Below are positions 9,949-19,262 of a stretch of DNA of 64,000 bases, piece by piece. The stretch is from the IMG/VR virus record IMGVR_UViG_3300043446_003193, positions 62,001-126,000 of that record. One strand, written 5' to 3'. The notes under the pieces are model-generated. The model had not been told where the DNA came from, ran no database searches, and saw nothing but the letters and a program-made list of their open reading frames with translations. Position numbers and translations under genes: made by a program. How positions within the stretch are numbered: position 1 is the first letter of the stretch; each line of letters starts with the position of its first letter.

Positions 9949-11398
9949 ATTCAAAAAATTTATTTAAGTTTAATTTGTCTTTATATGAATATAAGGAATT
10001 TAATTGAGATTTCAAAATATCTTTTCTGGCTTCCATCATATCGCCTGTTCTTGCACCTTTTGCAAAAAATACTTTTGGTCTAAAAAGAAGTTCATCTGAT
10101 ATTTCACCTTTAAATGCGGCTCTCAATAGTGGTTTCATATGACCGTTTTCCTTTTGATATAGTGGTGGAATGTTTAATGTATATTCCACAAATGGTCTCC
10201 AACTATATGGTGTACGAACTTCTACCGTCCCACCCCACATAATAGATTGGTTTGTTGTTAAGAAATTGGTTTTATGTACATCCTCTACTAACTTTCTCCT
10301 AGCCTTATCATAATCTTCAGGTTTGTAATGAAACGCTTGAATGTGTCCATAACTACCCCATATCTCATCGGATAGGTCACCACTAAATACTACTTTAAAT
10401 CCCAACTCATTTATCTTTTTACCCAATGCTATTTGAGCAATTGCAGAACCAACATTTTGCCATCTACTTTGTTCTATCACATAAAGTGTTTCATCTATTG
10501 CATCTAATACATCCTGTTCGCTTAATATAATTTCATGTAACTTAACACCAAATTCTTTTGCAGCTATTCTGGCATATTTTATATCATCATTCTTTGTATC
10601 ACCATCTCCCATTGATACTACAAATGCTTCAATATCAGGTTTAATTTTAGAAAGTAAATAGGTTGTAATTACTGAATCAATTCCACCACTAAGGATTGTA
10701 CAAATAGGAACATCTGATACCATTTTAACCCTTACAGCTTCTTCCATCATTGTTCTAATATTCTTAACAATAGTTTCTCTATCATCATTTATTATTTCAT
10801 TTGGAAGTTTATAATAAGTTTGTGTTGAATGTTCTAATGTATTATAATCATATTCTAAATAAGTACCTGGATAAACGGCCTTTACTTGCTTCTCATATAA
10901 TTCTGAAATTGGTAATCCTTTCTTTTCCGAACAAAATACTAATTTACCGTCATTATCAATTGCATACCATAAAGGTAATTCACCAACATAATCTCTAACA
11001 ACAAATATTTTATTAAGTTTTGTATCAACTATTGCAAATGAAAACATACCATCTAATAATTCAAATGATTTTGTTCCAAATTCACAATAAGCGTTTAGGA
11101 TGATTTCAGTATCAGATTTTGTTTTGAACTTTGTTTTTAAACCTTTTTTTAATTCTTTTGTTTCTATACTATCCCAAAGTTCACCATTGTAAACAATACA
11201 TACGGTCTTATCTTCATTCCACATTGGTTGATTTGCAGATGAAGATAAGTCCTGTATTGAAAGACGATTGTGTCCAACATAAACGTTGTCCACTTTATCT
11301 ACTTTAGAAGCATCTCTGCCTCTATGAATTATTTTATTTAATTGGGTATAGGTTTGTTCCTCAGAGGTAAACCAATTACCGCCTATTATTCCACACAT
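9941..11398 (-). CDS. asnB: Asparagine synthetase B-like amidotransferase (Ntn glutaminase plus PP-loop synthetase)
   Basis: MCGI N-terminal Cys, HNRLSI, NQPM, YNGE, SDTE, SGGIDS PP-loop; SGDLSDEIWGSY in place of the usual SGEGxDExFGGY. Confidence 0.88.
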   Translation of the reverse strand: MCGIIGGNWFTSEEQTYTQLNKIIHRGRDASKVDKVDNVYVGHNRLSIQDLSSSANQPMWNEDKTVCIVYNGELWDSIETKELKKGLKTKFKTKSDTEIILNAYCEFGTKSFELLDGMFSFAIVDTKLNKIFVVRDYVGELPLWYAIDNDGKLVFCSEKKGLPISELYEKQVKAVYPGTYLEYDYNTLEHSTQTYYKLPNEIINDDRETIVKNIRTMMEEAVRVKMVSDVPICTILSGGIDSVITTYLLSKIKPDIEAFVVSMGDGDTKNDDIKYARIAAKEFGVKLHEIILSEQDVLDAIDETLYVIEQSRWQNVGSAIAQIALGKKINELGFKVVFSGDLSDEIWGSYGHIQAFHYKPEDYDKARRKLVEDVHKTNFLTTNQSIMWGGTVEVRTPYSWRPFVEYTLNIPPLYQKENGHMKPLLRAAFKGEISDELLFRPKVFFAKGARTGDMMEARKDILKSQLNSLYSYKDKLNLNKFFEYA

Positions 11399-11402
11399 AT
11401 AA

Positions 11403-11434
11403 CTAATTTACGAAAAATAATTGATATTACCAAC
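11403..11434 (-). promoter_or_regulatory. Bacteroidota-type promoter GTTG-N20-TAAATTAG
   Basis: Read from the sequence; same spacer ending (TTTTTCG) as two other copies; 4 nt from the asnB-like ATG. Confidence 0.55.
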
Positions 11435-11697
11435 TATTTTACTGCTTCGTTTATTGCATTAACGTAAGCAATTTTTGATGAAAGACCAGTGAACCTATTT
11501 ATTTCAACTCCATCTTTTACAATTACAACGGTTGGTACTGAGCGTACTCCGTATTTTTCGGTTTCATCACTATATTCATCAATATCAATATCTTCAAATT
11601 TTACATTTGAAAATTGACCTTTGATTTCATTCATTACCGGTGCTAATGCTCTACACGGACCACACCATACTGCTGAGAATTTTTTAACTGTTACCAT
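11434..11697 (-). CDS. trxA: Thioredoxin
   Basis: WCGPC active site, GVRSVPT; adjacent to the RNR. Confidence 0.93.
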   Translation of the reverse strand: MVTVKKFSAVWCGPCRALAPVMNEIKGQFSNVKFEDIDIDEYSDETEKYGVRSVPTVVIVKDGVEINRFTGLSSKIAYVNAINEAVK

Positions 11698-11887
11698 TTT
11701 CTTTTTCTTTTTCTTTTGTATTTGTATTTCCTTTTATACCAATTGGAACATATGGACAATGGCGGCAGCCACTCCCACAGCAATAACCTCTTTCAAGGTG
11801 ATACTTAGGAGTGAACACCACTTTACCATTTTCCAAATAATATAACGATTCATCATTTTTATTTAATTTCACAAGCACCTCCTGCAC
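11684..11887 (-). CDS. Small Cys-rich protein (DUF5522-like)
   Basis: RGYCCGSGCRHCPY motif; GTG start uncertain (11887 or 11878), overlaps the RNR 3' end. Confidence 0.7.
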   Translation of the reverse strand: MQEVLVKLNKNDESLYYLENGKVVFTPKYHLERGYCCGSGCRHCPYVPIGIKGNTNTKEKEKENGNS

Positions 11888-13715
11888 AAGCTAATTCACC
11901 ACTTAAATCTGTATTATCTTCCAATTCTACAACTTTACTTAGGTCAACATCATGTAATGTTTTCATAAGTTCTTCATACTTTTCTTTTGTACAATCTTCA
12001 AATGGGGCTTGAATATAAGTTCCACCATCATAAGGTAATACTGAAAGTCCGTTGTAAGAATCTTTGTTCTCCCACATCCATTCACCAACTGCATCCCACT
12101 CATGTTCTCTAATAGAAATTGTTGCAGATACATTGTGTGAATTGTTTCCTGTTCTATGTCCAGGTTTAATCCATTCTTGATGAACTCTCTTAACTCTTTC
12201 TAATAATTGAATTGGAGATTCAGTACGGAAGATTGCGTTTTCAGGTGCTTTTTGTGGAATACCGATTACTGCCGTATCATGTGGTCTAAAATATTCATCT
12301 TCAATCAATTCTGGATGATTTACTAATAAGTGAGTGTAAATACTTTCGTTCTTACCTACTCTTACTCTACGAATGTAGTAATCATTATGCCAAGCGTGAA
12401 TTCCAGATGATGTACCTAAAGTTAATGATGTTGTTCCGGCAGGCTTAACAGTCGTTGTTCTTGCTGAATGGTTGATACCTAAAATATCTGCTACTCTTAT
12501 ATTTTCTTCTTTAACTGCTTTTGCTGCAGCTTTCATGTCTAATTTTAAAACTGCACCACTACCGATACCTGTCATAGATACACCAATAAGTGCGTCCTTT
12601 TCAGTTGTTCTTTGCCAGATTGGTCTTAGGTAATGGAAATCGGTATAACCCGCTTGTAATGTTCCGATGAATGATGCTGCTTTTACTCTTGCATTCAAAT
12701 CATCCTGGTCAACTACATCACTTACATTTACTTCACATAAGTTACAGAATTGAAAAGGTCTTAATGCAATCTCACAACAAGGATTAGTTCCCCAATCTTT
12801 ATCATTTGATAAGTAGATACCAGGCTCACCTGCACCACTTGCTTCAATTCTTTTCCACAAATCCATAAAATATGTTTTTGTGATTTTATGTCTCATTAAT
12901 ACTGCTGAGTTATTTGCTCTACCTCTTTGTGGATTATTTTCCCACCAAGCACCACTCTTACAACTAATCATCTTATCATCATTTGCAGAGAATAAAGAAA
13001 TAAGTGCTGCTCTACGGATACCACCTGCTAATACTGCATCAGCAATGTGACAAATAATATCATGTACTTCAATTGGTTCTAATTTATCACTATCTTTTTT
13101 GGCATCTAAGATACCTTCAATCTTAATTAAACATTCTTTTAGGGGTTGAGGACCTGGTGCTTTACCACCTGATGTAATCAATCTTGCACCTTTTGGACGG
13201 ATATCTCTAAAATCAAATACTGGTTTACTTCCACCAAAGAAATATGCTTTAATTAAAACAGATATTGCATCTGCCCATCCTTCAATAGAATCACCAATAA
13301 GAAATCTTCTTGTTTTATCTTGATTTGGTTTTCTAATTTCTGGTAATTGATCAACGTGATGTTTTTGTACTGAATATCCTACACCAGTTCCACCTAATAA
13401 TAAGAACATAATTTCGGAGAACACTCTCCAATCATCTGCAGGTGCAAATGCACAATTATAAATTCTATTTGGACTTATTTCAATTGGTTTACCTGCGAAC
13501 TGCATTGAACGCATAGAAGGTAAAACCTTTTTATCATAAACAAATTTGTAGTTATCTCTAATCTCTTGCTCTAATTGTGGATATTTTTTAATATGCATCT
13601 CCATATTACGGGTTACCAACTCTTCCCATGTTTCTCTTCTGTTTAATTCTGGTCTAAACTTTGCGTACTTCATATAGACCGTAATGTCTGATAAAATTCT
13701 TTGTGAAATGTCCAT
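11859..13715 (-). CDS. nrdJ: Class II (adenosylcobalamin-dependent) ribonucleotide reductase, monomeric RTPR type
   Basis: PSMRSMQFAG, TNPCCEI, TVKPAGT, C-terminal ACAGGACE redox pair; no beta-subunit gene nearby. Confidence 0.88.
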   Translation of the reverse strand: MDISQRILSDITVYMKYAKFRPELNRRETWEELVTRNMEMHIKKYPQLEQEIRDNYKFVYDKKVLPSMRSMQFAGKPIEISPNRIYNCAFAPADDWRVFSEIMFLLLGGTGVGYSVQKHHVDQLPEIRKPNQDKTRRFLIGDSIEGWADAISVLIKAYFFGGSKPVFDFRDIRPKGARLITSGGKAPGPQPLKECLIKIEGILDAKKDSDKLEPIEVHDIICHIADAVLAGGIRRAALISLFSANDDKMISCKSGAWWENNPQRGRANNSAVLMRHKITKTYFMDLWKRIEASGAGEPGIYLSNDKDWGTNPCCEIALRPFQFCNLCEVNVSDVVDQDDLNARVKAASFIGTLQAGYTDFHYLRPIWQRTTEKDALIGVSMTGIGSGAVLKLDMKAAAKAVKEENIRVADILGINHSARTTTVKPAGTTSLTLGTSSGIHAWHNDYYIRRVRVGKNESIYTHLLVNHPELIEDEYFRPHDTAVIGIPQKAPENAIFRTESPIQLLERVKRVHQEWIKPGHRTGNNSHNVSATISIREHEWDAVGEWMWENKDSYNGLSVLPYDGGTYIQAPFEDCTKEKYEELMKTLHDVDLSKVVELEDNTDLSGELACAGGACEIK

Positions 13716-13740
13716 TTTGTAATTTTTTTAGTAAATAATT

Positions 13741-13834
13741 TTTTTCAGAAAAACCTGAAATTAAAAAGATATATATGGAGTCTACCCGTCAATAGTCTCG
13801 TTTTCTTTAGTTAATTTTAGGTTTTTTTGAAAAA
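13741..13834. repeat. Long imperfect inverted repeat in the nrdJ leader
   Basis: Arms 13741-13764 and 13811-13834 are complementary at 22 of 24 positions. Confidence 0.8.
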
Positions 13835-13873
13835 TATTTATTAGTTGTTTTTTTATTTTTTTCATACTTATGC

Positions 13874-14929
13874 TTAATTTTTAGTAAACACAAATATTGG
13901 TTCTAATTTAGTTCCGTTTCCAGCTACCGAAGATAATATAAGGTACAAAATGTCAGTTTTTGTAAATCCCAATTCTTCTGCAATTCTAACGGTTTCCGTT
14001 TCAATTTGTTTATATTTTGGAGTGTTTGCAATGTTTATTAACATCTTTCCTCCCACTTTTAAACCAGTATGACAATTTGCCATAGTTTGTTTTAAAAATC
14101 CGTTTAACCAATCGGTTTCATTTGGAAACTTTTTATACGATTGAGTTTCTTCATCTGAATATTTTTCCGTATCAAAATATGGTGGTGAAGTAAAACACAA
14201 ATCCAAACTTTGTTCATCTGGTATAAATTCTTCCGAACCCATTTTATGGAGTATTATCTCCTTATTAAAGAAGTTTAATTCATCTTTTAATCGTATTAAC
14301 CCTTCGTATGTTTTAGTTGAAGGATCAGTTCCTATGTAGGTTTTACACCTACTTGTAAGGAATCCGGTCAATCTACCACCCCATCCACAACTCATGTCCC
14401 AAACGGTTTCTCCACCATAGTTGTTATAAATCCATTTGGCTACCGATGGACGAAAGTTACTTACTGATTGATTTCCTCCATAGATTTTAAAATTCTGTCT
14501 TAATCGGTTTAAAGTAAATGTACCGTTTCCATGTTTCAATTGCCAATCCCAAGTTTTTCTAATAACCTCTTTTAATTTGTTATCATCATTCCAATAATCA
14601 ATTGGTTTCATTGTATTGTTACCACATGCTACTTCAACCCAATGTGGAAAATAACTCCATGCTAATGATAGGCAATGCATGGTTTGTTCTAATTTTCCAT
14701 CTTTATAAATTGTATTTTCATCAAAATTAATCAATGATTTCAATTGGTTTAGTTTTTCATGCTTTGAAACATTATAATGTGGAAATCCTTTTTTTCGGTG
14801 ATAATCAAATATAATTTTTTCAGCATGTTCTCTATCAGTTACCTCAAATATGTTTGTGGTAATTTTATGATATTCTAAATCTAAATCATCAACTTCAATA
14901 AACTTACTAAAACTATTATAATTTATCAT
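13874..14929 (-). CDS. SAM-dependent DNA amino-methyltransferase-like protein, paralogue 3
   Basis: WDMSCGWGGR and FTSPPYF motifs; TAATG-coupled to the helicase. Confidence 0.8.
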   Translation of the reverse strand: MINYNSFSKFIEVDDLDLEYHKITTNIFEVTDREHAEKIIFDYHRKKGFPHYNVSKHEKLNQLKSLINFDENTIYKDGKLEQTMHCLSLAWSYFPHWVEVACGNNTMKPIDYWNDDNKLKEVIRKTWDWQLKHGNGTFTLNRLRQNFKIYGGNQSVSNFRPSVAKWIYNNYGGETVWDMSCGWGGRLTGFLTSRCKTYIGTDPSTKTYEGLIRLKDELNFFNKEIILHKMGSEEFIPDEQSLDLCFTSPPYFDTEKYSDEETQSYKKFPNETDWLNGFLKQTMANCHTGLKVGGKMLINIANTPKYKQIETETVRIAEELGFTKTDILYLILSSVAGNGTKLEPIFVFTKN

Positions 14930-16287
14930 TATCCCATATTCTCTACATACTTTTTGTGTAGTAGTTTCTTTTCAAGTCCTTCACCATTTTTACTTTCTTT
15001 TGTCGCCATCATACCATCAACCGAAGTTGCTGCAAATACATCCATTACACCGTGGAAGGTATCAATCTTTGCAGGGAATGTCATACCATCTGGTCCAAAT
15101 CTATTTTTTACAATATGAATACGACCTGTATTAGATAATTTATCTTTGGTCTTTCTACTCACACTCATAATGAAATCTGCAGTTTGAACTTTCTTATAAG
15201 AATCACCCACACTATCCGCTTGAATAACCTCATGGTCTATCGCTGCTCTATTTGTTTGTGTTGCTGTCCAAACAGGTATTCCCGTTTCACCACTCAAACC
15301 TCTTAGTTCTTCATAAATACCACCCAACTCTGCGTATAAACCATCACTACCCCTATTACCACTCTTTAATAAATCGGCATAATCAATGATAATAAGTTGT
15401 GGATTGAATCCAGTTGTTTTAACTTTTTCAATATGTGCAGATAAGGTTTTTGCTGATGCAAATTGTGGTGGATAGTATTTGATTTTTACCCTACCTTCCG
15501 TTTGTTTAACTTTACGAATGATTTCGGCTTTATTCATTTTTTGGTCTGCAGTAGTGATACCTGTAAGAATTGTGATATATCTTTGTCCTACATAACTTTC
15601 AGATAATTCCAAAGTGTAGTGTAATACATTAACACCTCTTTGTAATGCCGCACATGCTATTTTAGATAAGAACCAACTTTTACCGATACCAGATGGAGCC
15701 ATTACTACACCTAATTCACCAGGTCCTAAACCACCATCCATTAGTTCATCAATAACATCCCATCCGGTCCCAACTGAACTTCTTTTAACATTTTCTAAAA
15801 TAGATTCAAAATCATCAATAAAATCTAAACCCAAATCATTTTCCACACCTACTTTAGATGCGGCCATCATTGTATCTATGATTTTATCATAATTACCTGC
15901 TTTGAGAAGGTCTACCGATTTCAATAGAGCTTCTTTAACTTTCTGATTCTTTGCAAATGTAAGGTATTCTTTTTTTACATATGGTATATCTTCTGCACCA
16001 ACTTGTAGGTATACCGCTTTTAATTGTTCAATTGTGGTTTGTTTAAGAACTTTATCCTCAATTTCACCAACTTTAATCTTGAACACTTCCATTGTCGGAA
16101 TTGCACGATATTCATCAAAGTAGTTTTGTACTTCTTTTACAATCCATTGATTTGCCTGAGATTCAAAGAAATTTGGTTTAGTAATTTCAGTTACCTGTTC
16201 TAAAAACTTAGCATCTGTGATAAGTGAAGCAACAACTTTAGATTGATACGATTGGCCATATTTGACTAGTGTATCTACTGCTTCCAT
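14929..16287 (-). CDS. dnaB: Replicative DnaB-like helicase (T4 gp41-like)
   Basis: APSGIGKS Walker A, IIIDYADLL, TATQTNR, KNRFG. Confidence 0.92.
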   Translation of the reverse strand: MEAVDTLVKYGQSYQSKVVASLITDAKFLEQVTEITKPNFFESQANQWIVKEVQNYFDEYRAIPTMEVFKIKVGEIEDKVLKQTTIEQLKAVYLQVGAEDIPYVKKEYLTFAKNQKVKEALLKSVDLLKAGNYDKIIDTMMAASKVGVENDLGLDFIDDFESILENVKRSSVGTGWDVIDELMDGGLGPGELGVVMAPSGIGKSWFLSKIACAALQRGVNVLHYTLELSESYVGQRYITILTGITTADQKMNKAEIIRKVKQTEGRVKIKYYPPQFASAKTLSAHIEKVKTTGFNPQLIIIDYADLLKSGNRGSDGLYAELGGIYEELRGLSGETGIPVWTATQTNRAAIDHEVIQADSVGDSYKKVQTADFIMSVSRKTKDKLSNTGRIHIVKNRFGPDGMTFPAKIDTFHGVMDVFAATSVDGMMATKESKNGEGLEKKLLHKKYVENMG

Positions 16288-16544
16288 TATCCTTTCATTA
16301 AATAGTTATCAATACCTTCTGCTTCTCTTTGTTTTTCTTTTAGTTTCTTTCTCTTAAGAGCTTTTTCAGAAATTGTTTCTTCTTTCTTTTCAATTTCTTC
16401 TACCTGCTTTTGTGTAGGTTTTGGTCTAGTTGCTTTCCATTCTGATTTTGCAACATACTGCCAAGTGTGGCCTGCCATTTGATAAGCCTGTTTATCATCA
16501 ACTCTGATGATATTTCCTGTTTCTTTGTTTTTAAGACACTTCAT
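16287..16544 (-). CDS. Hypothetical basic protein
   Basis: ORF tightly packed in the operon with TAATG coupling. Confidence 0.6.
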   Translation of the reverse strand: MKCLKNKETGNIIRVDDKQAYQMAGHTWQYVAKSEWKATRPKPTQKQVEEIEKKEETISEKALKRKKLKEKQREAEGIDNYLMKG

Positions 16545-16565
16545 AGTTTACCTCCATGTTTTTTG

Positions 16566-16883
16566 TTATCTAATAACCATTAATAATTCTGATTCTCTTA
16601 ATAAGATGTATTTGTTACCACCTACTTTGATTTCTACTCCTTGATGATATGGTGGTAGAATTACTTCATCGCCTACCTTTACTGTCATTGGGATTGCTAC
16701 ACCGGCTTGAGTATATAATCCATCACCAACTGCTTCTACTTTTGCTCTTTTTACATCTTCTGATTTTGCACTATCTGGAATAATAATTCCACCTGCTGTT
16801 TTTGATTCATCTTTAACATCCAATTCGGTCAATAAAACTCTATCACCTAATGGTTTTGCTAATTTGTCTGCTGCTTTTGCCAT
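16566..16883 (-). CDS. groES: Co-chaperonin GroES
   Basis: KPLGDRVL, GGIIIPD mobile loop, VKVGD, LLRESEL. Confidence 0.93.
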   Translation of the reverse strand: MAKAADKLAKPLGDRVLLTELDVKDESKTAGGIIIPDSAKSEDVKRAKVEAVGDGLYTQAGVAIPMTVKVGDEVILPPYHQGVEIKVGGNKYILLRESELLMVIR

Positions 16884-16887
16884 AACT

Positions 16888-17103
16888 TTATTTTATTATT
16901 TTGTTTACTAAATTATTCCAATCCTGTCTTTCTATTTTATCTGCATTATACATTTCAAATTCATCTTTATCTTTATCGTTTCTAATAGTAATGATATGAT
17001 ACTCATTATTCATATCGGATTTGTATACTATTTCAGAAACATTTCTTTGTTCTGCATCGGTCATTGAATTACGAAATCTCATTACAAATACTGGTTTTGC
17101 CAT
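16888..17103 (-). CDS. Hypothetical protein
   Basis: 71 aa ORF filling the gap between neighbours. Confidence 0.6.
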   Translation of the reverse strand: MAKPVFVMRFRNSMTDAEQRNVSEIVYKSDMNNEYHIITIRNDKDKDEFEMYNADKIERQDWNNLVNKIIK

Positions 17104-17106
17104 AAC

Positions 17107-18159
17107 TTAAAATTTTGCGATGTGACTAAATGTTGATTGTAACCAATCTAATACATTTGGAAATCCTTCAAGCATTCTATGTTTTAATCCTAATTTTAGG
17201 AATGCTTGTTTATCAAATTTTGGAGTTGGTTCATCGTATCTATCCATAATTTTCATACGAAGATTACCACTAAACTCCGGTTCAGATAACTGCATCAATC
17301 TACGATTTCTTTCGCAAATTGCCAAATTATTTAAAAACAATTCATGTGCTTTACTTTGTTTATCCAAAGATTCAACATATTCAATCATACTTTCAGTTGT
17401 ATGATATGTTTCTTCTGTTAGAATTGGAAAACTTTTTATAATTGATTTTATTCCCAAACCATTGATACCGCCTACATTGTCAGATTTATCACCATCAATC
17501 ATTCTGAAATTAATGAAATTGTGTGGATGAATACCAAACTCTTCTAACACCTCGTCAATGTTATAAATTTTCTTTTTAGACGGAGAATAAACACTTACAT
17601 CTTTGTTTACCAATTGTAAGAAATCTTTATCGGTACTCATTAGTATAACTTTCTCACCTTCTTGCTTTAATTGAGTTGAAATGTATGCCATAACATCATC
17701 TGCTTCAATTCCATCATATACCATAACGGTAACAGGTAGACAAGTTAATAGTTCAGCAAGTCCGACCATTTGACGTTTCATAGAAACTTGTTCATCTTCT
17801 TCATTCATCAAATCGGTATATGCCCTATTTAATCTAATTTTGTTTTTACCTCTTTCAGATTTGTAACCCGAATATATTTGTTTTCTGCTGTTTGACCCAC
17901 CTTTACCGTCAAATGTAATAATAACTCTAGTTGGATTAAGAGTACGGATTGCAAAGCCGATACTCTTTAAAGTACCGACTATGCCTCCAATGTGGTCACC
18001 ATTATCGTTTAGATTTGGTGCGGTTGACCAGGAACGGATGAAGGTATTAAGACCATCAATAACCAATGTTTTAGAATTTCTATGTAAATCACCAAACTCA
18101 TTGTGTTCCCTATCTATTTCTTTTAGTATATTTAAATACTTTGCTTTAATCTGACTCAT
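17107..18159 (-). CDS. 5'-3' exonuclease / RNase H (T4 rnh, FEN-like)
   Basis: IDGLN, FDGKGG, YKSER, EADD, STDKDFLQL, GDKSDNVGGI motifs; start moved to ATG 18159. Confidence 0.9.
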   Translation of the reverse strand: MSQIKAKYLNILKEIDREHNEFGDLHRNSKTLVIDGLNTFIRSWSTAPNLNDNGDHIGGIVGTLKSIGFAIRTLNPTRVIITFDGKGGSNSRKQIYSGYKSERGKNKIRLNRAYTDLMNEEDEQVSMKRQMVGLAELLTCLPVTVMVYDGIEADDVMAYISTQLKQEGEKVILMSTDKDFLQLVNKDVSVYSPSKKKIYNIDEVLEEFGIHPHNFINFRMIDGDKSDNVGGINGLGIKSIIKSFPILTEETYHTTESMIEYVESLDKQSKAHELFLNNLAICERNRRLMQLSEPEFSGNLRMKIMDRYDEPTPKFDKQAFLKLGLKHRMLEGFPNVLDWLQSTFSHIAKF

Positions 18160-19249
18160 TTGCTTCGTCCGTTGTAATTTCAACTTCTTCCGATGCGGAA
18201 TTTTTGTATTGTAATATTGTTGCCTCACAAATCCTACGATAGATTTGATCCTTTAATTCTTCGTTTTCTAACATCTTAGGAAAATCCTTAGATTGAAACT
18301 TCATAACTTCACCACTATCAGTATCAATGTATTCATACCATGCACCGGCTTGCTTTACGATTTTACCATCCTTCATAACTGCCAACCAGCCACCATAGTT
18401 ATCAATACCTCTGTCAAAGAAAATGTCAAAGTCTGCATGTCTCAATGGTGGTCCCATTCTGTTTTTAATAACCTGACAACGAACTTTGATACCCACTATT
18501 CTATCACCTTGTTTCAATTGTCCCATATTCTTCAATCTCAATCTAACTGAACTATGAAATGCTAATGCCTTGCCACCCGATGTTGTCCAAGGGTCACCGA
18601 ACATTGCGTTCATCTTTTGTCTCAATTGGTTTGTGAATACTAGAGCGATGGATTGTCTACCAATCATATTGGTAATTTTTCTCATTGCTTTTGAAATGAT
18701 AATAGCTTTATCGGTTGCGTAACCATCTTTATCATAATCAGCTTCCATCTCTTTCTTTGAAGATGCTGCTGCTACTGAGTCAACTACGATTGTAACTAAT
18801 CTATCTTTGTCTCCCGTTCTAACCTTTTCAATAATTGTTTCACATGCTTCAAAGATTCCCTCAACGGTGTCTACTGAAACATACAATAATTTTGAAATAT
18901 CTACTCCGATTGCTTCTAAGTATTCTCTACTTACAGCAGTTTCGGTATCAATTAATACAGCTACTCCACCTTTGCGTTGTGTTTCAGCAAGGAGATGGGC
19001 GGAGAGCAGAGATTTTCCACTCTGCTCTAAACCCGTAATCTCACTAATACGTCCAACAGGGAAGCCGCCATAAGGTCTATTAGAGATTGCAACATCCAAC
19101 ATAGCATTACCAGTTGAAATCCAATCCTTAACATTGGTAGGAGCATCACCACCTTCATCAGTTAGAAAGTAGGCAATCTTACCATCCTTATTTTGTTTGT
19201 TTAATGAATCTGCAAGAATACTTGCTAAATCCTCTTCTCTTTTGGCCAT
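18146..19249 (-). CDS. recA: RecA/UvsX-like recombinase
   Basis: GLEQSGKS Walker A, VVDSVAA, FTNQLR, TSGGKALAFHSSVRL. Confidence 0.95.
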   Translation of the reverse strand: MAKREEDLASILADSLNKQNKDGKIAYFLTDEGGDAPTNVKDWISTGNAMLDVAISNRPYGGFPVGRISEITGLEQSGKSLLSAHLLAETQRKGGVAVLIDTETAVSREYLEAIGVDISKLLYVSVDTVEGIFEACETIIEKVRTGDKDRLVTIVVDSVAAASSKKEMEADYDKDGYATDKAIIISKAMRKITNMIGRQSIALVFTNQLRQKMNAMFGDPWTTSGGKALAFHSSVRLRLKNMGQLKQGDRIVGIKVRCQVIKNRMGPPLRHADFDIFFDRGIDNYGGWLAVMKDGKIVKQAGAWYEYIDTDSGEVMKFQSKDFPKMLENEELKDQIYRRICEATILQYKNSASEEVEITTDEANESD

Positions 19250-19262
19250 TGTAACCTAATTA

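Noticed and set aside
9941-11398. AsnB-like protein as a lasso-peptide cyclase
   Set aside because: It has an intact Ntn glutaminase domain, and there is no B1/B2 protease, precursor peptide or transporter nearby.
13765-13800. Sigma70 promoter (TTGACG) or NrdR box upstream of nrdJ
   Set aside because: No correctly spaced -10 hexamer, and the match to the NrdR palindrome is poor; the segment is better explained as the loop region of the palindrome.
13716-13873. Cobalamin riboswitch ahead of the B12-dependent RNR
   Set aside because: Too AT-rich and lacks recognisable B12-box elements.
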